DNA of 64,000 bases, taken from the human T2T-CHM13v2.0 reference genome, Homo sapiens. The translations under genes were made by a program, and so were the position numbers. Below, piece by piece: positions 1 to 14,052 of this stretch. The notes beneath the pieces are model-generated. The model worked only from the letters and a program-made list of their open reading frames with translations, did not search any database and had not been told where the DNA came from. The stretch is taken from NCBI RefSeq assembly GCF_009914755.1, contig NC_060926.1, one strand, 5' to 3'. How positions within the stretch are numbered: the first letter of the stretch is position 1; each line of letters opens with the position of its first letter.

Positions 1-499
1 AGCTCTGCCAAAGTTCATTAAATGGGAGTGAGAACAGCACTTCAGTATGCTGTGTTCTCTGGCTTCCATTCTCAGAGCAGCTGGCTTCCTTGGTGGCTGC
101 CAATCAGCCTCTTGATGATGGCTTCCATCTACTGTGCTGGAGTGGTTTTGGCCTTCTGCAAATGCTGGGAACTCTGGAGAACAAGGTAGCTTCTAAAATC
201 TCAAACGAGTCTTTCTCCTAAGAGGACGTATTTCTAATAGCCCCCAAGTTGGGACATGGACTCTGAGAGGGCCTGACACTTAAGTGGTTTAGATTATGGC
301 TATGTGATTGGTAAGAGTTAAACATAGAGGGCCTATGGTGTGCCCGATGCATAAGAAGCACTTAATATTGTCAATGCCCTTTTCCTACTATTCTTTCACC
401 CTGCCTCTGGATCCATCACACTTTGCCCCTTGGTGAAGCTACGGGGCTTTTGTGGGAGGAGAAAGAGTATGAAAACCAAGAGTATGAGCTTACTCTTGA

Positions 500-930
500 A
501 CACTAATTATAAATTATTAATATAAACAAGCTTAGAAAGATGTTTTGGGTAGAAGCAACAACTCAAACTAAGATACAGAGATGAGAAACAACAAGGAGTG
601 CATGGGTGTATTGGGATTTCCATGGAAACTCAATGTGAGGCAAGAAGGGTCAGAATTGAGGGTGGAGAGTTAGCGCTAAATCATTGAGGAACTTCTAGAT
701 GGTGCTAACTATCAAAGACTTTGATCTGAAGTCAATGAGGGGAGCATTGGAGGGTTTTAAGTGGTGCTGGGAAATCTAGTCAGGTCTGCATTTTTGAAAT
801 ATTGCTCACTGTGGCTGCAATTTGGAGGAGGAAATGCTGAGGAATTAGTTAGGCGGCTGACGCAGAATTTTACTAAGATACACTGAGGCCTGAGCTAGAT
901 CAGTGGTGTGGAGAAGAAGAAATGCTATTC
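500..930 (-). mobile_element. L2 LINE 3' fragment (old, diverged)
   Basis: L2-like purine-rich blocks gactttgatctgaagtcaatgagggg...ggagggttttaag and tctgcatttttgaaat...ctgtggctgc; boundaries approximate. Confidence 0.55.
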
Positions 931-3767
931 CTACCCTGCCAAGCTCTTCTGCTCTATAATTCTTCAACTAAGGTGTTTATGATTCCATTTCAGGATCTCT
1001 TGCTCTATCTCTTTGTTTGACTCTCAATGGTGTTCAAAGGCTTGTGAAGGCTCTATGCTAGAACTTCAGGCATCGATAATGAGTAGAACAGCAGTTTCAG
1101 GGGAGGAATTTCTTTTTTTTTTTTTTTTTAGGTTACCTAACATCATACCATTGCCCTGGTTATTTATTCATGGGTCTGAGCCAAGGTGGCTTTTAGGGAC
1201 TGACCTAGTGGTGTTCTGTCTCTACTGCACTTTGAGCTACTTGCCCCTAAGCATGCTCAGCCCAACATGTTCAGCATCTCCAGCTAGACTTCCTTCCTGC
1301 ACACAGATAGGCACCAGGGAGCCTCAAGAATCTAGAGTCTAAGCAGCCTCCTTATAAGGAATGGGTGCCCATTGTTGCTCTCTGCTTTCACTAGGATGGG
1401 TAGGGGTGTTTATAAAATGTGTCATGTAGCTTCATACCACTCTTTGAGCCATTGCTTTGATTCTTCCTAGAATTTTAGAATCCATTGCTGGTGATTTATT
1501 CTTATACCCCGTGGTGTAAATTTCTTAAGAAATATCCTTGCTTAGAAGTTGAATACTTCTGTCAACAGGGGTCTCATCCTTCATGGGAGAACTTTCTAAT
1601 TTAGGATTATCAGACTCCTAAAAATCTCCACCTATATTGTTAAAAAGTCTGTATTTTTTAACTTTCCATACATTGGTCTCTTCTATTTTCTGAACCTAGT
1701 AGAACATGATGGAGCTGAAGAGATTCCCAGTTACCTTTCCCGTCTTGCAGAGTCTTCCGCTCTTGAAGATGAGCATCCACTGTATACTTGGGATTAGCTC
1801 TTTAATTACTTGTTTTCTAATCACTCTACCATTTCACCCTCTTTGGATATATGTACTTCTTCTTGGTGTGGGCCTGTAGCTGACTGTAGCTAGGGCAACT
1901 AACATTTACAAATAATTAGGTAAACCTGGTGGGGATTAGCTGACAGTGATTTGAGAGGAAAGCTCTGAAGGAAAGAAGTACCAGATAGGAACAGGGCAAG
2001 AGGAGACAGAAAAGGAGTTACCAGTCAGGACTCTTTTCAACTGTAGACAGGCTTCTACCCTGTGACCATAGGGGCAGGAGACAGGACTAGAGTCAGCTTC
2101 AGGCTTCTATCGTCCAAGCTCTTAACTCATTTAATAAGAGACACTCAAATATAAAACCTGAAGGAAAGCTCCTGACTGGGGTGGCTTGGGTTATAACATC
2201 ATCCCGGAGCCTCTCACTGTGGCTTAAGGGATGGGGTTACCACTTTGGGTGATGCCTGTGTTGTGAGACTCTCCTGTGGCTGGCATATGGAGAGTGGGAA
2301 AACATTGTGGTTGACAGCCCCCTCAGAGCAGCCTGGAGTCGGGGAGAAACAATTCTAAAGAAGGGAGGCATTGTTTCCAGAAAAAGAGAAAGGATGTCAA
2401 ATGGTCAAAATAAACTTATGTCCCTTATAGAGACTGAGGAAGCAAAAGAGGCAGAAAGAATGATTGAAGGAAGCCCAGGATAAGCTTATCCTAAACTTCA
2501 CAATTAAGCCAAAGCCACTGGAAGGGCTTAATTTTTCAAGGCCAGAGGTCTGCCTCTTTGGAGCTTTCACTCTTCTGTTTGAAGAATGACATTCATACAG
2601 CACTGGGGTGTGTTTCCTGAACAACTTGTGTAAAACAAAAGGCCCCTGGGAGCCTGAGGTTCTGTCCAGGATAGATAATGAGACATGCTGACTCTGCCCA
2701 TCGTTCCCCAAATGATGTCTCCTCACCTTCCTGGGTTATGGAATTGTAGAGCAGGGACTGTGACAACATGCTTCTGAGCTGATGCCCTGCCCTGTCTTCT
2801 AGACAGGAACTGTGGGAAGAGGTCAAAGATCTGGCCCTGAGCCCCTGGATTTTCATGCACCCCGAAAAATCCTCCTTGATTTCAATTCACCTTAAGATAT
2901 CTAGAGTTTGATCTTTTAATCGAATGGCCATTTAAATAAAATTTTAAAAAGCAATTGCAGCCCAAATATCTCCTTAATGTGATGTTTTCAAAAGTTGTTT
3001 CAGAATTTTTAAGCAAAACGCCCGCCTGTACTTATTGTAATGATTTTCTCAATACCTCATCTCCCCAGAGCATTGGTGCGTTGTAACTACCTTCTGTTTG
3101 CTGCTTAAGCTATTTATTAATCACATTCTTTCCTATTCAGCCCTAACCAGGAGAAATGACAATTTTAGGCATTTCTCAGTTACCTACTATAAATTGGTCC
3201 AATTACTATGTGATCTTATAAACTATTCCTTGGGGTATTTCACCCACTCCAGCACTGTAATTGGTTTGCTAAAAGGGAAAAAGAAAAAAATACAAAACTG
3301 GGTCTTAATGCTGTGCTATGGGGTTTTGTTGAAGTTTAAGTTTTCTCTTAAATGGTTAAAGGAGTTTAAGGTGTATATCATTATGGCAGCAATCACATTT
3401 AATGAACACATAAATGCTTACCACAATTTTAGTGAGAATATCCCATCTTTGACATTTATAAACCTGGAAATTGAGGCTCTTCGTCTTCCCACACAGGGTA
3501 GGCTGTGGGATTGAAAATCTAAATTGGGTGCAGTAACCATTCACTAAACATTGGAAGATATACCCTTCACAATCAGGGCATATGAGCATCATTTACTTCG
3601 TCTTTCTAGAACTTCTCTTCTCAGGCATTGAGATGTTTGTCCCATATCCCTGCCTCCCCCACAAAAGAAGAAGCCATTTTTAAGCTTCATTACTTGCAGC
3701 AATGAGGAAACACAACGCCCTTGTGAGATGCTGCAGACTGAGATGATGCCCCATGGATGGAGAGCAG

Positions 3768-3769
<2 letters not shown>

Positions 3770-3825
<56 letters not shown>
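3770..3825. repeat. (GT)28 microsatellite
   Basis: uninterrupted GT run seen directly. Confidence 0.98.
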
Positions 3826-3827
<2 letters not shown>

Positions 3828-5261
3828 GTCTCATCAAACAGGTGATTTCCCGGATGGTATCCTGTGGGGGTCTTGACCACTGAGGACTCCAGGAACTAGG
3901 ACATGTTGCCCTGTGGCTTTGGGACCTGGGTTTTATATAATTGGGCTATTTTTGGAAAAGCAAATTAGAAGTCGGAGATGGTACAGTATGAGAGGGTTAA
4001 GGAAGCCTTTTACTTGTATCATTCATATTCCCAACTTCCTTCAGACTCAGTTTAGGTTTTGTCTCCAGAAAGCCCTTCCTGAACTCCAGGCCTGAGTTAG
4101 TGACTCTGTTCTAAGCTTTAGCACCATATGCCTCCGAGCCCCCATGACCTTTCATTGAAATGAGCCACTTATGTCTGATTTCCTTTCCAAGTCAGTGACT
4201 CTGTCTTATTGCCCTGTGCATCACTGGCACCCAGCATAGGGTCTGATGACATGATTGTAGAATCTGACCTGGCTTAAGGCTTGATATCCAGGGGTGCCTT
4301 CTTGGCAAAATCACAGTGACATATTCATAGTCACAGTCTATGTGGGTCAGAGTGGGAGGGAATTCCCTCCGGGTCTTTGGTACAGAATGCAAAAGAGAAG
4401 AGGGAGCCGCTATTGTGGGACATGCAGTAGGCTTGGGGGAGGGGGCAGCTATAGTACTAGTAAAGTTGTGCAAAGGTCATATGGCAACAGAAAGGTCTGG
4501 ATGGGGTGAGGGAAAGGCAGATTGGTGAAGGGGAGCTCAGACAAAGTCCTTCTCAGCAATCAGGGAACTGTTGCCCATAGGATATGTTTGGAGACATTGG
4601 TGGCCCCTTTCTAATCTATGGGAACTTTGCTGCCCCCTGCGCCAAGTACTTTGGGGACATTAGTTTATTCTTAATATTGGAGACATTGCCCTCTAGTCAT
4701 TGCTTCCTTTATTAGATCATGTGGTTGCCTGGGCATTGCTATAAGTTTGGGGAGATGGGTAATTAGCTGACCTTCTAAGGTTCAAACTCTAGGGTTAGAA
4801 TTCTAACTTTTTTCCTTAAAGCTGCTACTGTAATTGGCTTCATCTATTAAATGTACGGTATCATCCTTCACTGCCATGTATTTAATTATGCATTGTGGAA
4901 GGGTTTAAATAACAACTTTTACTTCTAAAAGCCTGCTCCAAGTCTTCCAGCATTACTAATAGAAATCCCAGGGAACAGAGTCTATATTAAAATAGAAAAT
5001 AAAAAATGCATAAACTGCACCAAGCCAATGTAATGGAAATCTTGCCAAAACATAAAAAAACATATGCATAATATTTTATTAAACTTAAGAAACACACATA
5101 AATTCCTCTGTGGGATCCAAGTATATTAGTAATAGATATACCATAAAATTCAGTTACTCAACAGTCATAAAAGATAGCACAGATCAAGTAAATGCTTCCA
5201 TTTTAAAGGAAACATTTCAAAATGAGAGAAAAATACATTTACTATATAATTGCAACTGAGA

Positions 5262-5309
5262 CAATGACAGTGATGTAGTCAGTGGCAATGACAGTGATGT
5301 AGTCAGTGG
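5262..5309. repeat. perfect 24-bp tandem duplication
   Basis: caatgacagtgatgtagtcagtgg x2. Confidence 0.95.
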
Positions 5310-5365
5310 CCGCAAGTCATCTCTGAGTAGCTCCAGATCTAGTGGAGAGAGTGGGAGTGGGGTGC

Positions 5366-6135
5366 TATATTAGTCAATGTTCTTCAGAAAAAGAGAGCTA
5401 ATGACATATGTATGTATACACACGAAGTCATCCCTTGATATACATGGAGGATTGATTGCACGACCCCCTGCGTGTGCCAAAATCTGTGCATACTCAAGTC
5501 TGGCAGTCAGCCCATGGAACCCACTTATAAGAAAAGTTGGCCTTTCATAGAGAAGGGTTTTGCCTCCCTTGAGTACTGCATTTTTAATCTGCATCTTGTT
5601 GAAAACAATCCACATGTAAGTGGACCCATACAGTTTAAACCTGTGTTGTTTAAGGGTTAAATGTGTACATATATTTATTATAAGAGACTTATTGTAAACA
5701 ATTGGCTCCTTCAGTTATGGAGGCTGAGAAGTCCTAGCATCTGCAGTTGACAAAGTGGAGACCTAGGAGAGTCAATGGTATAGATCCTGTCTGAGTCCAA
5801 AGGCCTAAGGACCATGAGAACTGATGGTGTAAGATCTAGTATGAGTCTGAGTCCAAAGGCAGGAAAAAATGGATGTCCCCACTCAAAGACAGGCAGAAAG
5901 AGAGAGAGAGAGAGAGAGCTCCTTCTTACTGCACCTTTTGAAAAATATTTAGACCTTCAATTAACTAAATGAAGCCTACTCACATTAGAGAAGGCAATCT
6001 GCTTTACTCAGCCTACTGATTCAAATGCTAATCTCATCCAGAAACACCCTCATACACATACCCAGAATAATGTTTGACCAAATATCTGGGGACCTCATGG
6101 CCCAGTCAAATTGACACTTAAAATTAGCCATCAAA
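5366..6135 (-). mobile_element. MLT2B-type ERVL solo LTR, interrupted by MER8
   Basis: ends ggcccagtcaaattgacacttaaaattagccatca (reverse of MLT2 5' end); internal ggaggctgagaagtcc and gcaatctgctttactcag; candidate 5-bp TSD ggtgc/tgtgc. Confidence 0.85.
5425..5663 (+). mobile_element. MER8 (Tigger-family MITE)
   Basis: about 239 bp collinear with MER8, ending gtaagtggacccatacagtttaaacctgtgttgtttaagggttaaatg; sits in the TA-rich tract of the MLT2. Confidence 0.85.
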
Positions 6136-9100
6136 TGTGCTGTCTCCTAGAATACTCCAACAGAGGAAGGACCACCACCTGACTTTACAGTGGTAGGTGT
6201 GTGATATCTGTACAATGCCACAATATTAAAAATTCGAGTAGCCAGTCTTGGACTGAACATAAGGTATGCAACATGCAACATGCATCAGTGGCTTAACTTA
6301 TTAGTGTACATTTCTTTCTGTCTAATATTTTGCATCTAAAGTAAAGTACTTACATCTAAAGTAACTTTGGCAATGATTATAACAAAAATACAGTAGAAAA
6401 GACAATAAGTTGATATTGAAAGAAGGAATTTGACTCCTACTATAGAATATTGCCTTTCCCAAGAGAAGAGGCTCAAGTTAGCAAATGGAACAAGGATCCT
6501 TAGAACCTTCTGATTCTGTATTCCTGACCAACTCATAGTTATTAATACTGTGAACTTTCCATGTTGTTGCACTTATGTACAAATTTGGAAGGTGAGGAGC
6601 CAATTTATTTAGATAGTTTCTTCCGGGATTCATGACTTTCTTTCTTCACCCTCATCTACCAATCCAGTGGTGTTATGACGTAGGGTTGGGGAAAATCTTT
6701 CAAGGCTGGAGGGTTGAGTTTAAAAAGCAAGAACTGCATGATGACAGTGGTTCTTTCCTTGTCTTGTTCCACCATGACTACATCTCAGGAGGTAAGTCTA
6801 GGCAGCAAAATGCCATTTGTATGATAAGACTGTTTTAGGATGGAGTGAGTGAAGAATGCCAGAGAAACAATGGTTACATTCTCATGCAGTAGGCATGTTG
6901 CTTGAACTTGGGTGCCCTTATCCCTGAGAATATACAAAGATGTAGAACAAACATGGCATCTTCTTGAAGCACCAATTTTGTCTAGTAATTTTGAGGAAAA
7001 ATGATTTTCTATTAAACCAAACAGATGCTTCACTGAGTAGAATACAAAATTTGCAAAAATTTTAAAAATTGCAACATGTGATTTCAGAGAAATTTTATGC
7101 TTATGGCCAGCTGCTATGAGTTCCTATTTCCTTCCCTTGGGGTTGAGTGCATACCCTCTTCTGTAATTAAAGATATTTAGGTGGAAAAGTTTGAGAGCTC
7201 TAGTGAAGATTATTTTCAGGTAAGAGGTTTGGTTTCTGTACTCAAATATTTTGTTGATTTGCTGTCTGTCTCTGGGCAACACACCTGTTCTCTCTTTATG
7301 TGTGCCTTCTCATCTATAAAGCTGAAATAAAGTTGTATTTGTTTAAAATCTCCAGGCTAAAACAAAATGATCTCTTGAACACTTCTGAGCTGCTGGCTCT
7401 TTAATTTTCACTGGGATTGAGAAAAGTAGGTAGCTCTTATGACATCTGTGTTGTGTCCATCTTCTATCCTATTCCATTGGGTATTCTAATTGCCCTGTAT
7501 CTCTAGGTCATAGCCTCTGAGAACCATCTCTGGAATGCCCTAAAAGAACGCAGGATTTCATTGTTGATGCAGAATGCTCCTCTATCTCCTTATCATTGGG
7601 AAGAGTGATTGCAGCCATCTAGCAGGTGACAAGCTCCTGTCAGCCTAGTGGGGGTAGCTGTGGAAGCACATGCCTTATTAAACACAACCCATGACAGATT
7701 GAAGTGATGGGAACACTTGCTAAGTGGTTTGGCAAAGACAGAGATCTTTTTGCCAAGTAAAGTCTGGAAATTACACATCTCAAATCCATTATAGAACAGC
7801 TTTATACTGAGGTCATAGCTGATTTGGATATTCTAAAAAGTATCATGCCACTGACAGATTCTTCCAACATTTGTACAGAAAATGGGTCCTTTTTAGAATC
7901 CCAAGGCACTTTTGTTTTGAGAAAACCAAATTTGAGTGAAAATTTAGTAAAATGTAATGAAGACACATTTGCATTGTTTGGGATAATCTAGTTGTAAATG
8001 CAGCTGGTAGTTTCTCCCTGAATGGTAGAAATGCAGGAGACCCAAAGGGATCAAGTTTATAGGCTCTTGTCTTCAGGGACAAATAAAGGTGGGATACTGA
8101 CTTTCCATCTGTAGCTGTTCTATTGGAGTATTTTACTCTAAGGTGGTGACTTTAAGGTCCCAGCCTTCCTGAAAAACTCAGCATTCACTGCTTTTCTGTA
8201 TTCTGGGACAAATCATTATATAGTACTGGGTCCAATAACAAGCATTGTCATCAGTGACATAAAGAGACTGCTTTTGCCTTTGGAAAGCCTGTAAAGTTAT
8301 TCACTTACTTACCCAATAAATATTTTTGAATACTTACTGTATGTTAGACACAATAGGGTTTGATAACTTAATTATTTCCATTTATTTCTAAAAGAAAATT
8401 TAACCAAACCTATTGGCATCTATTGGTTTGAGTGCCAGGGAATGTTCACTTCTTGTTTCTGTTTTCCCACTCAACAGTCTTGAACAGTGAATCTCCCTAT
8501 AGTCTAACAACTGGGCCAGACCAGCTATCTCAGTGTTCTGGTTATTTATGGCAACACAAAATGGCAGCCTGAGACTGGACCCTTTTGCTTCTCCTGTCTG
8601 TAGTCTACTATATCCCAAGTTTGGTTGCACCAGAATCCTTAAGTAAACTCTGGAATTTTGTACAGCCACAAGACTAGTAAGTGTTTCCCAGTAGACTATA
8701 AGCTTCAGGAGGGCAATTATGATACTCTGTCCTTCATGTGCAATAACACTTATCATACATTACTGTAGCTTCTTATTTAGCTGCCTCTTACCCGTTTTTG
8801 ACTGGAAACTCTCAGAGGACAGTGGTGGTGTTTCCCTTCATTGCTGCTGTATTGCCAAAGTTTACAGACATATCAAGGTACCGAGAAAGTACCCAACAAA
8901 TGTTTGTTGGTTGAAAAATAAATACTTTATTGCCTTTGACCTTCTGCTAAATTCTAGCAAAGGGCAAGCGGAATTCTCCCACAACACTCATCCCATCTTC
9001 CTTGATTTCCCAATATTTTATGGACTCATTGTAAAAGTCAGAGGGCAGGGTATCAAGTTAGATCCATTGACAATGTATATTTGGCTACTACGCAGTATGA

Positions 9101-9769
9101 GATGTAATTTCAGTGAACTAATTTTACTTCAAATGACAGTGAGTCATAAAACAAATACAATTTAGAAATGTGTGGTTTATAGGCTCAGTAAATAACAATC
9201 CAAAGGCTTTAATATTTTAGTGAAATAACACCATTTCCAAGAAAGTTAGAATCATTAATCAAATTCTAGAGTAAAGGTCAAATTTCTTTTGCTGTTTCTT
9301 TTTCATTTTCACACCTTTCATTCAGATGATAGTAGATTTGGTAGGCTGAGAAGAAATAACAAACATACAAAACAACAATTTTGTTCTAATAAATTCTTAT
9401 TTAGGCTTGTGGTTTGTTCTAGAATAAAATTGTATCATCATCTTCCTGTGAAAAAATGGAAATGTCTGGTCAAAACAACCAACTTTGCCTTTAGCAAATT
9501 CTTGTGGTCTCACGAAAACATAAACAGTGCAGTTTAGACAGTTTTGTGTATAAATACTGACTAGTTAGAAGCAAAATAAATGGCACATACATTTTAGTGG
9601 GTGATTCTCTGACAATTGTGATTGTTTGAAAAGCATAGCTGAATTTGGGAAAATCATGAAAATTGTGGAACTTGAGGAGAGGTTTGTGAACCATTCCACA
9701 CTTGTCTAATGATTATTGAAACCCTTCCTCCCTTCCCTACACACAAGGCCTCATGGATGTAACATTGAA

Positions 9770-10900
9770 TAGATAGCCATGCCTTTCAGGACATTGTCTC
9801 AGTGGGACATGCACATTTATGTCTGGAATTACAGTGTTCTGTGCTCTGAGAGTTCTGAGCAGAGCACTGAGAAAGCACAGAGAAGAGAACTGGACTTACA
9901 TAATAGTTGACATCTGAGCTCAATCTTTAAGCTGATTCGGAAGTCTCCTGCTAGAGAGGACAGGCTTTTTTAAGCAGGAAGAAAAATCATGCAGATATGA
10001 AGTTATCAAAGAGCTTGGTGTATGGAGAAATGTTCAGGAGAGTATTGTGGTTGGAGAGGACGGGTGAGCTCAGGAAAATATGAACAATGCAGTTTACACG
10101 AGAGATGGTGGATGAGGAGAGAAAGGTGGCTTGCTCTGCTGTGGGAAGAGCCTGAGTGGCAAGGTGGGAAGTGTGATGGCGAACAGAGTGATGGAGGTGA
10201 TCATGTGTGTAAGGCTAAGGAACTATAGCAATTCCAATTCAGATAATAATACTTTTATAATGTCGAGATAGTTTATGCTAAGGGCAGGGGAAAGCTATAC
10301 CAACTTAGAGGTCAGGAAATGCTTTCTGGAGAGATTGATATCTGAAGGATAAATAGGAGAAATCAGGGAAAGTAGAGAGGGAAAAAATCATTCTGGGGAT
10401 AAGGACCATCCTGTAGAAAGAGATGAGTGAGAGAGGGGAGTGGATGGAAAGGAAAGAAGGAGAAGGGAAGTGGGGAAGGGAAAGGAGGGGAGGCAAATGG
10501 CAGAGAAGACACATTCTAAGAACTGAAAGTATTTGAGTATGACAGGAGGATGGGAACAGAAGTTAATAAATGAGCGTTGAAGAGATGAGGCTTGAGATTA
10601 AAGCAATGGTAGATCAGGCAGGTCCTTGTAAGCAATCAGGATGGGGGAACCTCTGAAGTGTTTAAAGTGGGGAGGTGATGTGATCAGCTTTGCAGTTAAA
10701 AAAGATCATCCTAGAGACTTGAGTGGAGAATCCATGGGAAGCCAGGAAATCAATTGATAAGCTGCTTCATTCGTCTGGAAAAGAGGTGATGGTAGCCCAA
10801 ATTTGCCAATATATATTGGCAAGACAGTTGAGGACATTAGTAAGAAAGGGACCGAGTGAGGACCACAGAGTTTAAACTCATTGGAGAAGAAAGTGAAGGC
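9770..10900 (-). mobile_element. L2 LINE fragments
   Basis: L2 3' motifs (gacatctgagctcaatcttt, gtgatgtgatcagctttgcagttaaaaaagatcatcc); approximate. Confidence 0.5.
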
Positions 10901-12604
10901 AGGAGTACACTTGCAGAGACCAAGAGGTGGTTCCGTGGAAGGTTCTGTGTGCAGAACGTTGACTGTGGGAGGTGTGAGAGGGATCATGCTAAGAGAGTGT
11001 TGTGCTCAGAAGGCAACATCTGAATTTGTTGTGGTTGTTGTTTCAGAAATAGAGTGGTTGTTGGTAAAAATAAATTCTCCGTGATGTAGACAGAGGAAAG
11101 AGAAACAGAAAAGAAGTTTCCTAGGTGAGGAGGACTGGGCCAAGTGAGTGCAATTGTGGAAGCCTGGGCCCCAGGGCTCTGGGTTGAGATGAGAGCCCTG
11201 GGGGCCAGCTGCCGCAGGCTTTTTTGATGGAGACATGATACAGGACTGGAAATATGATGATGATGAGTGGCGGGAAAATGGCCCATAAGCAGAATGACAC
11301 AAGCTTGGAAGAAGCAGGGGACCTTCTACAGGAAAACAGTGGGAAATTGTCTAGAAATAGCATTGAGCAGCTATCAGAGAATGTGCAAGAATGATCTGTC
11401 TCAAGATGTGAGGGAAGCAGAGGGGATACCCCAGGAGAAAGCCACATTTGATGTAAGGCAAGAAGGTGAGAGAAACTTTTGTTGAAAAGACCTAGACCAT
11501 GTGGGACCTGGTTTGGGGTTTTGGCGGACAGATTTAGGAAGAAAAGAGAGAGATGCAGGCTGGATAATAAAGTGAACCTGGGTGTGAGGCATGTGGGTTT
11601 TGATGGCTGTACGTTTCCAAAATGCTGGAGGGAGATGGCTGCTCAAGCTTTTAGAGAGGATTAGCGATGCACACTTTTATTAAACGTGAAAATAATAAGC
11701 TACCATTTCCCCTAAGTGGACTTTGTGTATTTACAACTGGAGCCATAGCTTTGCAGTGCTGCCAGTTGGCCTATTTCTGATCACAGCAGAAGGATGCAAA
11801 CCCATAGGGCATCTCTGGAGGTCTCTGTCCTGGACACAAGCCATTGGCTGCATTACTGACCCCTCAAATTGGTAATGATGAGATATCTAGATATGCCGTT
11901 GCAGTAGCCAGGAAAAGATAATTCACTAAAATATTTTTATCTCCAGCTCATTTTCACAGACTTCCTCAGGAAAGACATGCTTTCTCTTTTTGTGTATTTA
12001 AAGAAATAAACTCTAACCTTGAGGGAAGGCAGAATCAAAGATCTGGCAACCACATTTGTCATAAATAATGAATGAGAAAACATTAAAAAATTAATTGAGA
12101 AAAATTAAGTATCAGTGTAGTACTTGTGCAAATTGGCTCGTGGGAGTTGTGGTAGGTTCGCCTCACTGATGAGCTGCCTATATAAAATTCTTCTTCTGTG
12201 GCATTCTTAAGGCATTGACTAGATTCTTCTCCCTACTCACCATTAGCTCCTTCCATTTTTCTCCTGTGGTTCATAAGTAGGTGTTCCTCAAACCTCAACT
12301 CTCAAGCTGCTCTTCTCCAATTGTCTATTCTTTGGATTCCACTGATATGTGATCAGTCCCTAATTCCATTTTCTTTCTCCCCACATCTATCCTGTTCACA
12401 GAATCCATCTTCTCAAAGCACTGATTTATTTTTATTTACTCTGTTTAAGAAATATCTATAGATCATTCTCTCCATGCCTCTCTGTTATCTCAATCCTACA
12501 TTCCAAGACCCAGCCCCAGTGCACCTTCTCCAAGGAACAATGTTTTTCATCAAAACCTTCATCTCTCTTTGTTGACATCTGCTTCCAAAGAGCTCAACCT
12601 GTGA

Positions 12605-14052
12605 AAATTGGTACTGGACATGGTCTAAGAAAAGCAGGTGATTAAATGGGGCTTTAGATCTCTAGACATCAGATTGACAATAAGTGATTAGCCTGTGTAC
12701 CAATCACTGGTATGCACACAGCGCTTGGCCAAAGATAACATTCCTGTTGTCAAAACTTTAACTAGTGATGAAATGAGATGGTGAACTGGGGGAAGGAAAT
12801 GTACTAGCAATCAGGATATATCAGGTTTTTGAGATAAATGTATGAAATGAGTAAATAGTATCTATAAGCGTGGTAGGATTGGAAGGCTATCGCTAAATTC
12901 CACTGATCCTTTACAGTGAGATAATGAAGAGTTGAAGGTGAGTAAATGCAATAGAAAGCCAGAGGGCATCTTGGTTTCATACAAAGAAGCTCTCATCTCG
13001 AAATCAAGAACCAAGCTAAGACTTAATAGTGATAGGGTCTGACGTTTAAAGTGATAGTGGTTAAATGCTCAACCACAGTAGGTTTGTTTTGTTAGAGTTC
13101 AACCAGAACTAAGAATATTGCCCAGAGGGGTGGTTAAGTCCCTAGGAAGAAGGACCACGGCAACATCATGGCATAGACTTGCAGTAACGTTTCCCAAGCC
13201 CTTCTACAAAGACACCTAAGATCATTTACATAAGTAACTGCACTGAGGAAAGGGGATCACAAAGGCATTCCAAGGACTATTGAGCATGGATTTGAGTTGA
13301 TATTGATACCCGAAGACCTAAATTATATGATGCTCCTGTTGGAGGGCAGGCATATGAAGTCCTGTATGAGGTCAGGTGGTTATTTTCCCCTTCTTTAATA
13401 TACATTTGTGCTTGACATACTTCGCAATTGGTGCAAGAACCGTTCTGGGGCATTAGTCTGTGTGGTCAGACCTACTACAGAGGAAAGAAGGAAGACTAGG
13501 ATCTTCCCCTTACCCTATCATATCCCTGTAGTCAAGATAGTGAATCAAAACTAATATCACATCATAGAGGGGATGATTGAGATTAGTGTCATACTTAAAG
13601 GATCTAAAGGATGCAGAAGTAGTGGTCTCCATCATAACTCCATTTATTTCATAAATCTGGTCCTTTCAAAAACTGGACGGAACTTGGAGGACGATGGTAG
13701 ATTCCCATCATATTTCCATTTATTTCATAAATCTGGTCCTGACAAAGCTGGATGGAACTTGGAGAATGATGGTAGATTACTGCAAGCTCAACACGTAGTA
13801 GTCCCAATAATAGCTGCCTTGCCAAACATGTTATGTTTTCTAGAGCAGATTAATACAGCCTATGGTAAGGTATATGGTAAGCAGCCATTGATTTGGCGAT
13901 TGGATCTTTTGTATTGCAATCACAAAAATGGTTTAGAAACAGTTCACATTCATATCATATGGAATGGATAAATTCATGCATTTACATTTTTGTTCCAGGT
14001 CTATGCTAACTCTCTTGCCCTGTATCAAAATATAGTCTGGGGAGTTCTAGAT
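12605..14052 (+). mobile_element. ERVL-class (HERV16/ERVL-E-like) provirus interior, gag/pro/pol remnant, 5' part
   Basis: starts aattggtactgg like ERVL interiors; ORF 13573-13971 contains VVVPIIAALPNMLCFLEQINTA, resembling ERVL RT VVTPIAAAVPDVVSLLEQINTS; frameshifted. Confidence 0.8.

Noticed and set aside
940-2200. possible ancient Gypsy-like LTR plus interior on the minus strand
   Set aside because: Only TG...CA-like ends seen; no PBS or protein motif that I can support.
3589-3880. (TH)n and (CV)n peptide ORFs (also 58536-58794)
   Set aside because: Translations of GT microsatellites.
4628-4645. CTCF-like gctgccccctgcg (also 38803-38817)
   Set aside because: Only half of the core matches.
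6668-6791. possible plus-strand exon (ccag| ... gag|gtaagt)
   Set aside because: Isolated; no partner exons or recognisable peptide, and such site pairs occur by chance.
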